DNA of 64,000 bases from an uncultured Holophagales bacterium (GTDB taxonomy: Bacteria > Acidobacteriota > Thermoanaerobaculia > UBA5066), in the NCBI GenBank assembly GCA_964561935.1, contig CAZLQX010000004.1, forward strand, positions 157,414 to 221,413, given 5' to 3'. Numbering within the stretch: the first letter of the stretch is position 1; each line of letters opens with the position of its first letter. The notes under the pieces were generated by a model. The model had not been told where the DNA came from. It was given only the letters and a program-made list of their open reading frames with translations, and did no database searches. The position numbers were made by a program, and so were the translations under genes. This document shows, one piece after another, positions 1 to 9,000 of the stretch.

Positions 1-1352
1 ATGCCCACCAGCACGCACGTTACGCCCGGTACGTCGGCCAGCCCCTTGACCGTCCGCTGCGAGAGGGTCCCTTCCGGTGACTCGTGGAGGTCTCGGTCGA
101 CGATCGTCGAGAGCTCCGCGGCGCGGGCCTCCTCCTTCGGCAGGAGGCGCGCGACGAGGGCGGAGGCGGCCTCGAGGAGGGCCGCGTCCCAGCCGTCGGC
201 CCAGCGGCCGAAATCGGCGTCGCGGTCGAAGACGTCGCGCAGCTCGGCGAGGAGCTCCGTGCGGCGCGGCTCGACGACGTCGTCCCACACCTCGCGGAAC
301 GTCCCGAGGTCGAGGCCGCGCTTCTCGAACTCGGCGAGGAGCGGCGAGACGGCGATCAGCTCCTCGGGCGGCGCGGAGCCCCCCTCGACCGAGAGGCGGG
401 GGGCGAAGACGAACGCGAACTCCTCCTCTGCGGCCCGGAGCCGGGCGAGGGCGTCCGGTGCGGGCGAAGGGACGAGGGGGAACGGCGCACCGACGGCGGC
501 GAAGCGGTGGAGCTGTCCCTGCCGGAAGCCGTTCAGCGGGCGGTTCACGAGGACGGCGAGACCGGCCGCCCGCGCCACGTCGAGGACGCTCCGGCCGTCC
601 GCCGTGTGAATCGGCTCATGTGCCCCGAGCTCGACCGGGTTCATCGGGAGCTGGATCGCGGCGAAGCCGGGCCCTGCGAGCTCGAGGAGTCGGACGAGGT
701 CGACGGCATCCGCCTTCGCGTGCGGGACGACGAAGGTGTTCGAGGAGACGCCGTAGGCGCCGATCCGTCCCGCCGCGACCTCCGTCTCGAGGTGCGCGAA
801 GGCGCGGGCGACCCGGTCGTAGAAGGCGTCCCGCGCCTCGCCGAGCGGCATGTTCCGGTGTCCGGCGTCCGAGAGGAAGTACTCGGGGTTGTGGAGGAGG
901 AGGAGGTCGACCCGCGGCATCGCGAGCCGGCCGAGCGAGGCGGAGAGCTGGTCGCGGAGGAACGCCGGGGAGATGCAGTGCCAGCAGTCCCGCGCATACT
1001 CGGTCATCTCCGGCCACGGGTCTCCCCGCTTCCGGCGGTCGAGCGCGTCGCGGAGGTTCTGCCCCTGGACGTAGCCCGCCTTCGTGACGACGACAGTCTC
1101 CTCGCGCGCGACCTCGCCGGCCGCGGCTGTCTCCTTGAGGACCTTCCCGACGAGGAGCTCGGCGTGCCCGTCGCCGTAGTTCGTCGACGTGTCGATCAGG
1201 TTCACGCCCGAGAGGAGCGCGAGCCGGAGCGCCTCGCGGTGCCGCGGGACCCTCTCGTCGACCCGGTAGCACCCGAACCCGACGGGGGAGACGCGACCGG
1301 GGAGCCGGCCCAGCGGGCGGCGGGACGACGCGGGGATGCGGACCTCGTTCAT
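1..1352 (-). CDS. Aldo/keto reductase family oxidoreductase. Partial: the C-terminus runs off the window start. Carries an inserted helical segment.
   Basis: Reverse-strand translation starts MNEVRIPASS at 1352. It contains the AKR motifs VNLIDTSTNYGDGHAELLVGKVL and LLLLHNPEY, and a near-C-terminal VLVGM. The frame is open to position 1 and GC3 is strongly biased. The gene is absent from the ORF track because it is edge-truncated. Confidence 0.8.
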   Translation of the reverse strand, partial: MNEVRIPASSRRPLGRLPGRVSPVGFGCYRVDERVPRHREALRLALLSGVNLIDTSTNYGDGHAELLVGKVLKETAAAGEVAREETVVVTKAGYVQGQNLRDALDRRKRGDPWPEMTEYARDCWHCISPAFLRDQLSASLGRLAMPRVDLLLLHNPEYFLSDAGHRNMPLGEARDAFYDRVARAFAHLETEVAAGRIGAYGVSSNTFVVPHAKADAVDLVRLLELAGPGFAAIQLPMNPVELGAHEPIHTADGRSVLDVARAAGLAVLVNRPLNGFRQGQLHRFAAVGAPFPLVPSPAPDALARLRAAEEEFAFVFAPRLSVEGGSAPPEELIAVSPLLAEFEKRGLDLGTFREVWDDVVEPRRTELLAELRDVFDRDADFGRWADGWDAALLEAASALVARLLPKEEARAAELSTIVDRDLHESPEGTLSQRTVKGLADVPGVTCVLVG

Positions 1353-1432
1353 GACGCGGAAGATATCGGACAGCGGCGGCCCGCGGGCGCCCTCCCCGGC
1401 GCCTTCCGTCCGCTTCCTGCGACAATCGGCCG

Positions 1433-2743
1433 ATGGCCACCACACGTCTCGAGAAGCCCTGGAACACCGTCGAGCTCGAGGTCGAGCTCTTCTGCCGCGG
1501 TCTGAAGGTCGACGACTCCGCCCGCGCGGGCGTCCAGGCTCGCCGCGTCGCCCGGACGCGCGCCGGGCTCGGCTCGGGCCTGGAGCTCGTCCTCCCCGCC
1601 CCCCGGCAGGGGGTCTGGGTCAACGTCCCGCTCGACGAGCCGTTCGTCGCGACCTCGCCCCTGACGCTCCACCAGGAAGGGGAGTCGTTCGCCGTCCGCG
1701 ACGCCCGCCTCCCCGACGTCGTCTACCCGGTCCGCCTCCCCGACCCGCCCGCCTGGTACGCCCGGTCGACGAAGCGCGGCGTCCCGATGACCCGCGTCGG
1801 CGTCCTGCAGGGGACCTATCTCGGCATCTACTTCGCCGAGACCTGCATGTACTGGTACAACACCCCCTCCGCCGCGAACTGCCAGTTCTGCACGACGGGA
1901 GTGAACGTCGGGACGAACGAGGAGCTCGCGAAGAAGGTCGAGGACGTCGTCGAGGTCGCGCGGGTCGCGCGCGAGGAATCCGGCGTCACCTTCACCCACT
2001 TCAACACCGGCTACCACTTCGAGGACGACCCGAAGAAGCGGCCGATGCACGGGCTGATGCAGGCGCGTCCCTACGTCTCCGCGATCCGGAGGCAGGTCGG
2101 CGGCTTCATCGGGGTCCAGGCCGTCCCGGTCCTCCGCGACTGCTGGGACGAGTACGACGAGCTCATCGAGCTCGGCTGCGACCACTTCAGCTTCTGCGTC
2201 GAGCTCCTCGACAAGAAGTGGTTCGAGGAGGTCTGCCCCGGGAAGGCGACGACGGTCGGGCAGGACGCCTTCTTCGAGGCGCTCGAGTACACCGCGAAGA
2301 AGCTCGGCCGCGGGCGGGTCTCGGGCGAGATCATCGCGGGGCTCGAGCCGGCCGAGTCGACGAAGAAGGCGATCGACCGGATCGTCGCGGCGGGCGGTTT
2401 CCCGACGGTCTGCATCTTCCGCCCCCTCGCCGGGAGCAACCTCGCCCACCTCCCGTCGCCCGACCCGGACGAGATGCGCGACGTCATGGCCTACCAGTAC
2501 GCGGCGGCGCGGAAGGCGGGCCTCGCCGTCGGAATCCTCCCGAACATCAAGGTCTCGCTCGTCGTCCAGCCCGAGGAGGGGCGCGAGCTCCTGCCGGAGA
2601 GGAGCTGGCTCGACCCGTACGAATGGAAGCTCGCGGCGCTCCGCGCTCTCGCCCGTCCGTACGCGGCGTGGAGGAAGAGGCCCCGTCCCGGCGCCCCGGA
2701 GTTCCGGCCGGAAATCCCGTCCGGGGCCGCCGTCGGAAAATAG
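1433..2743 (+). CDS. Radical-SAM-like Fe-S enzyme with a non-canonical Cys triad (CX12CX2C). Function unknown.
   Basis: 436-aa ORF with strong GC3 bias. Cysteine motif AETCMYWYNTPSAANCQFCTTG followed by TIM-barrel-like segments (TFTHFNTGYHF, GCDHFSFCVELLD). Divergent from the AKR gene. Confidence 0.6.
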   Translation: MATTRLEKPWNTVELEVELFCRGLKVDDSARAGVQARRVARTRAGLGSGLELVLPAPRQGVWVNVPLDEPFVATSPLTLHQEGESFAVRDARLPDVVYPVRLPDPPAWYARSTKRGVPMTRVGVLQGTYLGIYFAETCMYWYNTPSAANCQFCTTGVNVGTNEELAKKVEDVVEVARVAREESGVTFTHFNTGYHFEDDPKKRPMHGLMQARPYVSAIRRQVGGFIGVQAVPVLRDCWDEYDELIELGCDHFSFCVELLDKKWFEEVCPGKATTVGQDAFFEALEYTAKKLGRGRVSGEIIAGLEPAESTKKAIDRIVAAGGFPTVCIFRPLAGSNLAHLPSPDPDEMRDVMAYQYAAARKAGLAVGILPNIKVSLVVQPEEGRELLPERSWLDPYEWKLAALRALARPYAAWRKRPRPGAPEFRPEIPSGAAVGK

Positions 2744-2833
2744 GGTGCCGGCGCGCTCCCTTCGGCCGGACCGTCCGCGGCGCTCCGCGCCGGGGCGGCG
2801 AAGGGGGGCGTTCCGCACTGCCGGGAGCTCGTC

Positions 2834-3988
2834 ATGAAGTGGTCCTACACCGTCGCCCGCGTCTCGGGCATCGACATCCGGATCCACGCGACGTTCGCGC
2901 TGATCCTCGCGCTCGGCGCCTTCCAGTGGGGCTTCCCGAAGGGCCTCCAGGGGGAGTCGTCGCTGGCGGGGGCGGTCTTCGGGATGGGCCTGATGCTCCT
3001 CCTCTTCACCTGCGTCGTCCTGCACGAGCTGGGGCACAGCCTCGTCGCCCAGCGGTTCGGCCTCACGGTGCGGGAGATCGTCCTCCTGCCGATCGGGGGC
3101 GTCGCGCGCCTGGAGAAGAACCCGGAGAAGCCGCTCCACGAGCTCCTCATCGCCCTCGCCGGACCGGCCGTGAACGTCGTGATCGCGGTCCTCCTCTTCT
3201 TCGCCGGCGGCGTCGCCGTCAGCTTCGGGGCGCTCGACGCGAGGGCGCTCGTCGAGGCGGGCGGCCCGCCGACGCTCGCGACGCTCTGGGCCTGGCTCTT
3301 CCTCGCGAACGTCGGCCTCGCCCTCTTCAACATGATCCCGGCCTTCCCGATGGACGGGGGACGGGTCCTCCGCGCCGCCCTCGCGATGAAGCTCGGCTTC
3401 TCCCGCGGGACGCAGATCGCGACGGCGGTCGGGCAGGCGGTCGCGTTCGCGCTCGGCCTCTTCGGCGTCCTCTCGGGGAACCTCCTCCTCGTCGTCGTCG
3501 CCCTCTTCGTCTTCATGGGGGCGGGGCAGGAGAGGGCCGAGGAGCAGGCGCGCGCCGTCCTGACGACGCTCCGCGTCGGCGACGCCTACAACCGGCACGC
3601 CCTCGTCCTCGCGCCGGGGGATCACGTCAGCAAGGTCGTCGACTACATCCTGACGAGCTACCAGCCCGACTTCGCGGTCGTCCAGGGCCGGACTTTCCTC
3701 GGAGTCGTCACGCGCGACGACGTCCTGAAGACGCTCGCGACCGAGACGAGCGACCTCTATGTCGCGGGGATCATGCGGCGGCAGGTCCTCTCCGTCGACG
3801 CGGGCCAGGGGCTCGACGACGTCCGCCGGACGATGGGGGAGAAAGGGGAGCGGATCGCCGCCGTCCACGACGGCGAGACGTTCCTCGGCCTCGTGAGCGC
3901 GGAGGACATCGCCGAAGCGCTCGTCGTCTCGAGCTTCGTCCAGCTCCGCGACCGGAGGCGGGCGGCCGCCGAGGCCGAGGCGGGCTGA
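2834..3988 (+). CDS. Site-2 protease family (peptidase M50) membrane metalloprotease with a C-terminal CBS domain pair.
   Basis: HELGH zinc motif in a TM helix (VVLHELGHSLVAQ), multiple TM segments, a second conserved motif around PMDGGRVLRA, and C-terminal CBS-like repeats (LVSAEDIAEAL). Confidence 0.88.
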   Translation: MKWSYTVARVSGIDIRIHATFALILALGAFQWGFPKGLQGESSLAGAVFGMGLMLLLFTCVVLHELGHSLVAQRFGLTVREIVLLPIGGVARLEKNPEKPLHELLIALAGPAVNVVIAVLLFFAGGVAVSFGALDARALVEAGGPPTLATLWAWLFLANVGLALFNMIPAFPMDGGRVLRAALAMKLGFSRGTQIATAVGQAVAFALGLFGVLSGNLLLVVVALFVFMGAGQERAEEQARAVLTTLRVGDAYNRHALVLAPGDHVSKVVDYILTSYQPDFAVVQGRTFLGVVTRDDVLKTLATETSDLYVAGIMRRQVLSVDAGQGLDDVRRTMGEKGERIAAVHDGETFLGLVSAEDIAEALVVSSFVQLRDRRRAAAEAEAG

Positions 3989-4013
3989 GGGTCGGCGCGC
4001 CTTCGCGCGCCCG

Positions 4014-4922
4014 CTACCCCGCGAGCTTTTCGAGCGCCTCGTTCAGGGCCTTCCGGAATGCCTCGGGCGGCTTCTCCTCCCGCGCGAGGAGCGCCGCGAG
4101 GTGGACGAGCGCCTGCTTCTGGGCGCGGACCGGGACGAACGCGGCGGGGTCGATCGCGGGCCCGTTCGACCAGAGCGCCCCGTTCTCGGCGGCGAGGGCG
4201 GCGAGCCAGGCGTCGAAGGGCTTCGGGTCGAAGTCGGGCCGCCTCGTCAGCGAGAGGAGGGCGAGCGCGAGCCGCTCGTCCTCGCCCCACGCGAAGACGA
4301 GGCCGGCCGTCCTCAGCCGCGTCGCGACCGACTCGACGATCCGCGCCTGGCCCGCGGGCGAGAGGCGCGGGCTGCGGGCCTGGAACTTCAGGACGTCGGC
4401 CGTGTGCGCGGCGGAGTGGACCCAGCCGGAGCCGGGGACGAAACCGCGGACGTCCTTCTCGGCGGTCAGGTAGCGGGTCGTCGCCCCCAGGAGGTCGTCG
4501 AACGCCTCCTGCGTCATCCACGGCGTCTTCAGGTCGACCGCGGCGAGGATCGAGAGGCCGAGGGCCGAGAAGGTCCGGCCGTACGCCGTGTCCGTGCCGT
4601 TCTCGCCGAGCCCCTTGCCGAGGCCGGCCTGGAGCGCGAGGCGCAGCGTCTCGAGGTCGGCCGGGGGAACCTTCCCGTCGCGCCAGACCCAGCGGGCGAG
4701 CGCCTCGAAGGCGATCCCGTCGCGGAGCTTCGGGTCGGGCGAGGAGAGGAGCTTCGCGGCCTCGAGGGCGAGGGCGCCCGCCGACTCCCCTTCGGGGAGG
4801 GCGAAGTCCTTCGCGGCGAGCTCCGTCCAGAACGCGCGGTCGCGGGCGGGGGGCTCGCCGGCGGAGACGGGCGCGGAGGCGAGGAGCAGGAGGAGGGCGA
4901 GGGCTCCGGAGACGGCGCGCAT
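4014..4922 (-). CDS. Secreted DUF2785-like protein.
   Basis: Signal peptide MRAVSGALALLLLLASAPVSAGEP. Conserved GWVHSAAHTADVL motif typical of DUF2785. The ORF-track entry 4014..6032 is N-terminally over-extended into Arg-rich junk, so the start is placed at ATG 4922. Confidence 0.65.
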   Translation of the reverse strand: MRAVSGALALLLLLASAPVSAGEPPARDRAFWTELAAKDFALPEGESAGALALEAAKLLSSPDPKLRDGIAFEALARWVWRDGKVPPADLETLRLALQAGLGKGLGENGTDTAYGRTFSALGLSILAAVDLKTPWMTQEAFDDLLGATTRYLTAEKDVRGFVPGSGWVHSAAHTADVLKFQARSPRLSPAGQARIVESVATRLRTAGLVFAWGEDERLALALLSLTRRPDFDPKPFDAWLAALAAENGALWSNGPAIDPAAFVPVRAQKQALVHLAALLAREEKPPEAFRKALNEALEKLAG

Positions 4923-5033
4923 GGTTGGTTCTACGGGCCGGTGCGCCGGGAGTTCGCGGACGGGCCCTGCAATGAAGGGCGGCGAAGCCCGGCGGACGCG
5001 CGCGACGGTCGCGGCTCCGATACGCTCGGCAGG

Positions 5034-6074
5034 ATGCCGCCCGAGCTCTTCCCCGTCCCGCTCGTCTGCCCGCTCTGCCGCGAGCCGGATGCGGGCGTCG
5101 CCGCGCGTCTCGAGGGGGCGGAGGGCGCCGACCGCTGCCCCCGCTGCGGGGCGGAGTTCCCGAGGCTCGGTGGCGTTTGCGACCTTCTTCCGCGACCCGT
5201 CCCGCCGCCCGTGCACCTCGGAGAGGAGACCTCTGCCGCGCCCGACTTCGGCGCGCTCGGGGAGGCGGAGGAGCTCTGCCGCCGGGCCGGGGCCGACCCG
5301 CCGGAGGACGGGGCCTTCGAGGCGGCCTTTCTCCTCGGCTCCCACGCCCTCGCCCACTTTCCGCCCGAGGAGGGACCGCTCGGCGAGGAGCTTCGCGGGA
5401 ACTTGGCGACGCTCGCGACGGCGCGCTCCTGGCTCGCGCGCCACGCCGCGCCGCGCGCCGCGGCGGCCTGTCTCCTCGAGGCCGGGTGCGGCCCCGGGGC
5501 CTTCCTCCTCCGGGCCGCGCCCCTCTTCCGCGACGGAGCGCTCGGCCTCGACGCGAGCGCGGACGCCCTCCTCCTCGCGCGGCGCCTCGCCGAAGTCGGC
5601 GAGGCGTGGGTCCCCTTCCGCGAGGAGGGGCGGCGGTTCGCCCCGAGGCGTGTCGAGGCGCCGCGCGGCGAGCCCGTCGGCGCGGTCCACCTCCTCCGGG
5701 CCGACGTCGCCGCGCCGCCGCTCGAGGCGGAGTCGTTCCCGGCCGTCGCGGCGTTCTCGCTCCTCGACACGGTTCCCGACCCGCTCTTCGTGCTCGGGCA
5801 GCTGGACGCCCTCCTCGCCCCGGGCGGTCTCCTCCTCCTCGCGACGCCGTGGAGCTGGGAGGAACGGGCGACGCCGCGCGCGGCGTGGTGGGGCCGGCCC
5901 GGAGCGGCGTCCGCGGACCTTCTCCGCGCGGCGCTCGCGGGCCGCCACCCGGCGCTCCCGCACCTCACCTACGAGCTCCTCGAGGAGGAGGAGCTCCCGT
6001 GGGCCCTGCCGGGTCACGCGCGCCTCGTCCACCGCTTCCGCCTCGACGCTCTCCTCGCGCGGAAGGCGGGCTGA
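5034..6074 (+). CDS. Class I SAM-dependent methyltransferase with an N-terminal CxxC...CxxC zinc-ribbon.
   Basis: MPPELFPVPLVCPLCREPD...CPRCGAEF zinc ribbon, then motif I LEAGCGPGAFLL and the acidic motif LRADVAAPPLEAESF. The real start is inside the longer ORF 4101..6074. Confidence 0.7.
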   Translation: MPPELFPVPLVCPLCREPDAGVAARLEGAEGADRCPRCGAEFPRLGGVCDLLPRPVPPPVHLGEETSAAPDFGALGEAEELCRRAGADPPEDGAFEAAFLLGSHALAHFPPEEGPLGEELRGNLATLATARSWLARHAAPRAAAACLLEAGCGPGAFLLRAAPLFRDGALGLDASADALLLARRLAEVGEAWVPFREEGRRFAPRRVEAPRGEPVGAVHLLRADVAAPPLEAESFPAVAAFSLLDTVPDPLFVLGQLDALLAPGGLLLLATPWSWEERATPRAAWWGRPGAASADLLRAALAGRHPALPHLTYELLEEEELPWALPGHARLVHRFRLDALLARKAG

Positions 6075-6089
6075 CGCGGCCGCGCCGTC

Positions 6090-9000
6090 TCAGAACCCGA
6101 TCGCAACGCCTCCCGCGCCCGCGGAGGCGGGGGCGAGGGCGACGTTCCGCGTGTCGCCCGTCCGGTTGTCGATCGTCGTGACGACCGCGGAGGCGAGCCC
6201 CTCGCCCGAGACGGCGCGGACCGTGCAGAGGACGTTCGTCCGGTCCTTGCGGCGGTCCTCCCGGTCGAGGCCGAGCTCCGAGAAGACCGTCGAGAGCTGC
6301 CGCTTCTCGAGCGGAGAGAGCGAGACCTCGCGTTCGGCGATGGGAGCGGAGCGGTTGCCGGCCTCGTAGAGCGAGACGAGGAGGGTGACGCCCTTTCCGG
6401 CGACCTCGTTGAGGAGGAGGTTCGAGCGGGTCCCGCGCGTCGGGTCGACGGACTGCTCGAGACCGTCGACCGAGACGAGGCGGGCCGTCCCTCCGCCCGT
6501 GAGCCCGTCGGAGGGGATCGGCACGACGGGGAAGGCGTCGCCGATCGTGCCGTTCGCGAGCGACGAGGCGACCCGGCACCAGAGGAGCCCCTGGGGGTCC
6601 GACTCGACGAAGAGCGGCCCCTGGGATTTCTCCCCGGGCGCGATGCCGAAGAGCTGCTCGAGGACGTTCGGGTACTCGGCCGTCTGGCGGCCGGGGACCG
6701 TGAGCTCGTGGTGGAGCGTCTGGCCGGAGGCGAGGTCGAAGTAGGTCATCCGGAAGACGGCGGGAGCCGAGGAGAGGCTCGTGAAGCCCATGACGGAGCG
6801 GAAGGTGAAGGGCTCGGCGGATGATGGGAACGTCCGGTAGCCGTTGACGAGGGCGGGGACGAGCGACTTGACGGTGCCCGTGGCCCCGGCCCAGGCGGGC
6901 CGGATCGTGCGGAGCGATCTCGCGACGGCCCCCCCCGTGCCCAGGGCGCGCGCGGCGAAGGCGACGGCGTCGTCGTTGGCGTTGTCGACCACGGTCGTCG
7001 CGGCGGCGAGCGTCCCGCCGCCGGACACGACGGAGATCTCCAGCCGCGCGGCGCGAGAGCCGAAAGAGCCGCCGAGGCGCTGGAGGACCCCGGAGAGCTG
7101 ACGCTGCCCCCAGCGAGGGACGGTGACCGACTCGGAGCCGAGGGGATTGCCGCTGCGGTCCAGGAGAGAGACCCTCGTCACCGCCGCGTCGACGCCGGTC
7201 GTCTCGGCCAGGATCAGGTTCGTACGCTCGGCGGCGTCGGAGGCGACGGCGGTGATGACGGAGGAGGAGCCGGCGCGGATTCCCTCGCCGCTCCGGAAGA
7301 CGGGAAGGGCGAAGCCGAAGCTGCCGCCGGAACGGGAAGGGGCGTCGACGGACGAGGAGACCGAGAGGAATCCGGCCCGGGAAGGAGGCGCGCGCACCTC
7401 CAGGGTCCCCGAGGCCGGAGGCGTCAGGCCGAAGAGGAGGACGAGGGGATCGGAGAGGCGGACCAGGTCGTTGGGAGGGACGAGGACCGTGGCGCGCTTG
7501 ATCGCGGCGGAATCGAAGCCGTCGACGAGGTGGGAGTCGGAGGAGGCGGGAGTGAAGACGAGCTCGGCCTGGACGGCCTCGGTGCCGGAATTCGACAACG
7601 ACAGGCGGGAGACGAAGGTGTTGCCGAGGGCGGAGGTCACGTGGGCGACGGAGGGGACGAGGAAGGAGGCCTCCGGGCGGACCGCGCCGGCGCCGCGGCC
7701 GGAGGAGAGCAGCGGGGCGTCGTTGTCCTGGACGAGGAGGCGGGATGTCCTGCCGCCCCGGGTCCTCAACGTCAGGTAGGTGTAGCGCGGGAGCGCGGAC
7801 CCGTTGGGGGCGCGCATCCGGACGGTGGAGAGCTTCAGCGTCCGCGTGCCGCCCGGAGGGACCGGCGTCGCGTTCCAGCCGGGTTCGAGGGAGAGCCAGA
7901 GCTCGGGGCCGACCTCTGCGGCCAGCTCGAGCGGGGAGGAGCCGGGGTTGAGGACGTCGACGGAGAGCGGTGCGCGGCCCGCGTCGGAGCCGGAGAGGCC
8001 GGGGAAGGCGGCGTACTCCGTCGAGACCCCTCCGACACGGAACTCGGGCAACGCATCGGGCGAGGAGCCGACCTTCAGGCTCACGTAGGCCCACGGCGTG
8101 ACGGCCAGACCCGCTCCCACGGAGGCGGCGAAGATCACCCCCTGGTAGGCGCCGGACACGTCGTTGCGCGGCCCGGAGTAGCGCACCTCGAGCACTTTCG
8201 GAGCGTGCGGCAGGAGCGTGAGGACGGCCGCGTCACCTCCAGAGGGGTCGGCGATCGTGAAGAAGGGCGGGCTCGAGAGCTCCTGCCGGCCGAGGAAGAC
8301 CTGGATCGGGCTCGCGGTGACGTTCTCGAGCGAGAAGAGCGACTTCTGGTCCTCGAGGCGGTCGCCGAGCGCGAGGACCGTCGCCTCGGGCGCGCGGCTG
8401 AAGACGACGTTCGGCTTGGCCGAGGTGACCGGGACGAGGCCCGAAGACGACCAGGGCCCCGCCTTCGCCGGGTCGCAGGCGGGGACGGCCCGGACGCGGT
8501 GGTAGACGCTCACCGGCGAGGGCGCCGCGAAGGAGGCGAAGAGCGAGGTCGTCGTCACCGTGTCGAGGAGCGGCGAGAACGAAGGCGAGGCGGAGCGCTC
8601 GACGACGTAGCCGTCGCCGGCGCCGAGACCCGGGGCGGCGCTCCAGGCCACGACGTAGCGCTGCCCCGCGCCGACGGCCCCGGGCGGGAGGAAGGTGAAG
8701 GAGGTCGCCCCCGGCGCGGTGCACGTGCCGCGGACGGCGAAGGAACGGATGGCCGTGGCCGCCGCGGCGGCCGGATCGCACGCGGCGCGCGCGACGACCT
8801 TCCAGCGGTACGTCGCGCCCGCGGAGAGGCCGCGCAGCGCCAGGGAGGTCGACGTCAGGCCGGAGAGGTAGAGAGGGGGAGACGTCGTCAGGCCGAGGTA
8901 GAGGTCGTAGCTCGCCGCGCCCGGCGAGGCGCCCCACGAGACGGTCAGGTCGGGGGGCTGGCCGGCGGCGCCGTCGGCGGGCGCCGAGAGGGAGAAGCTC

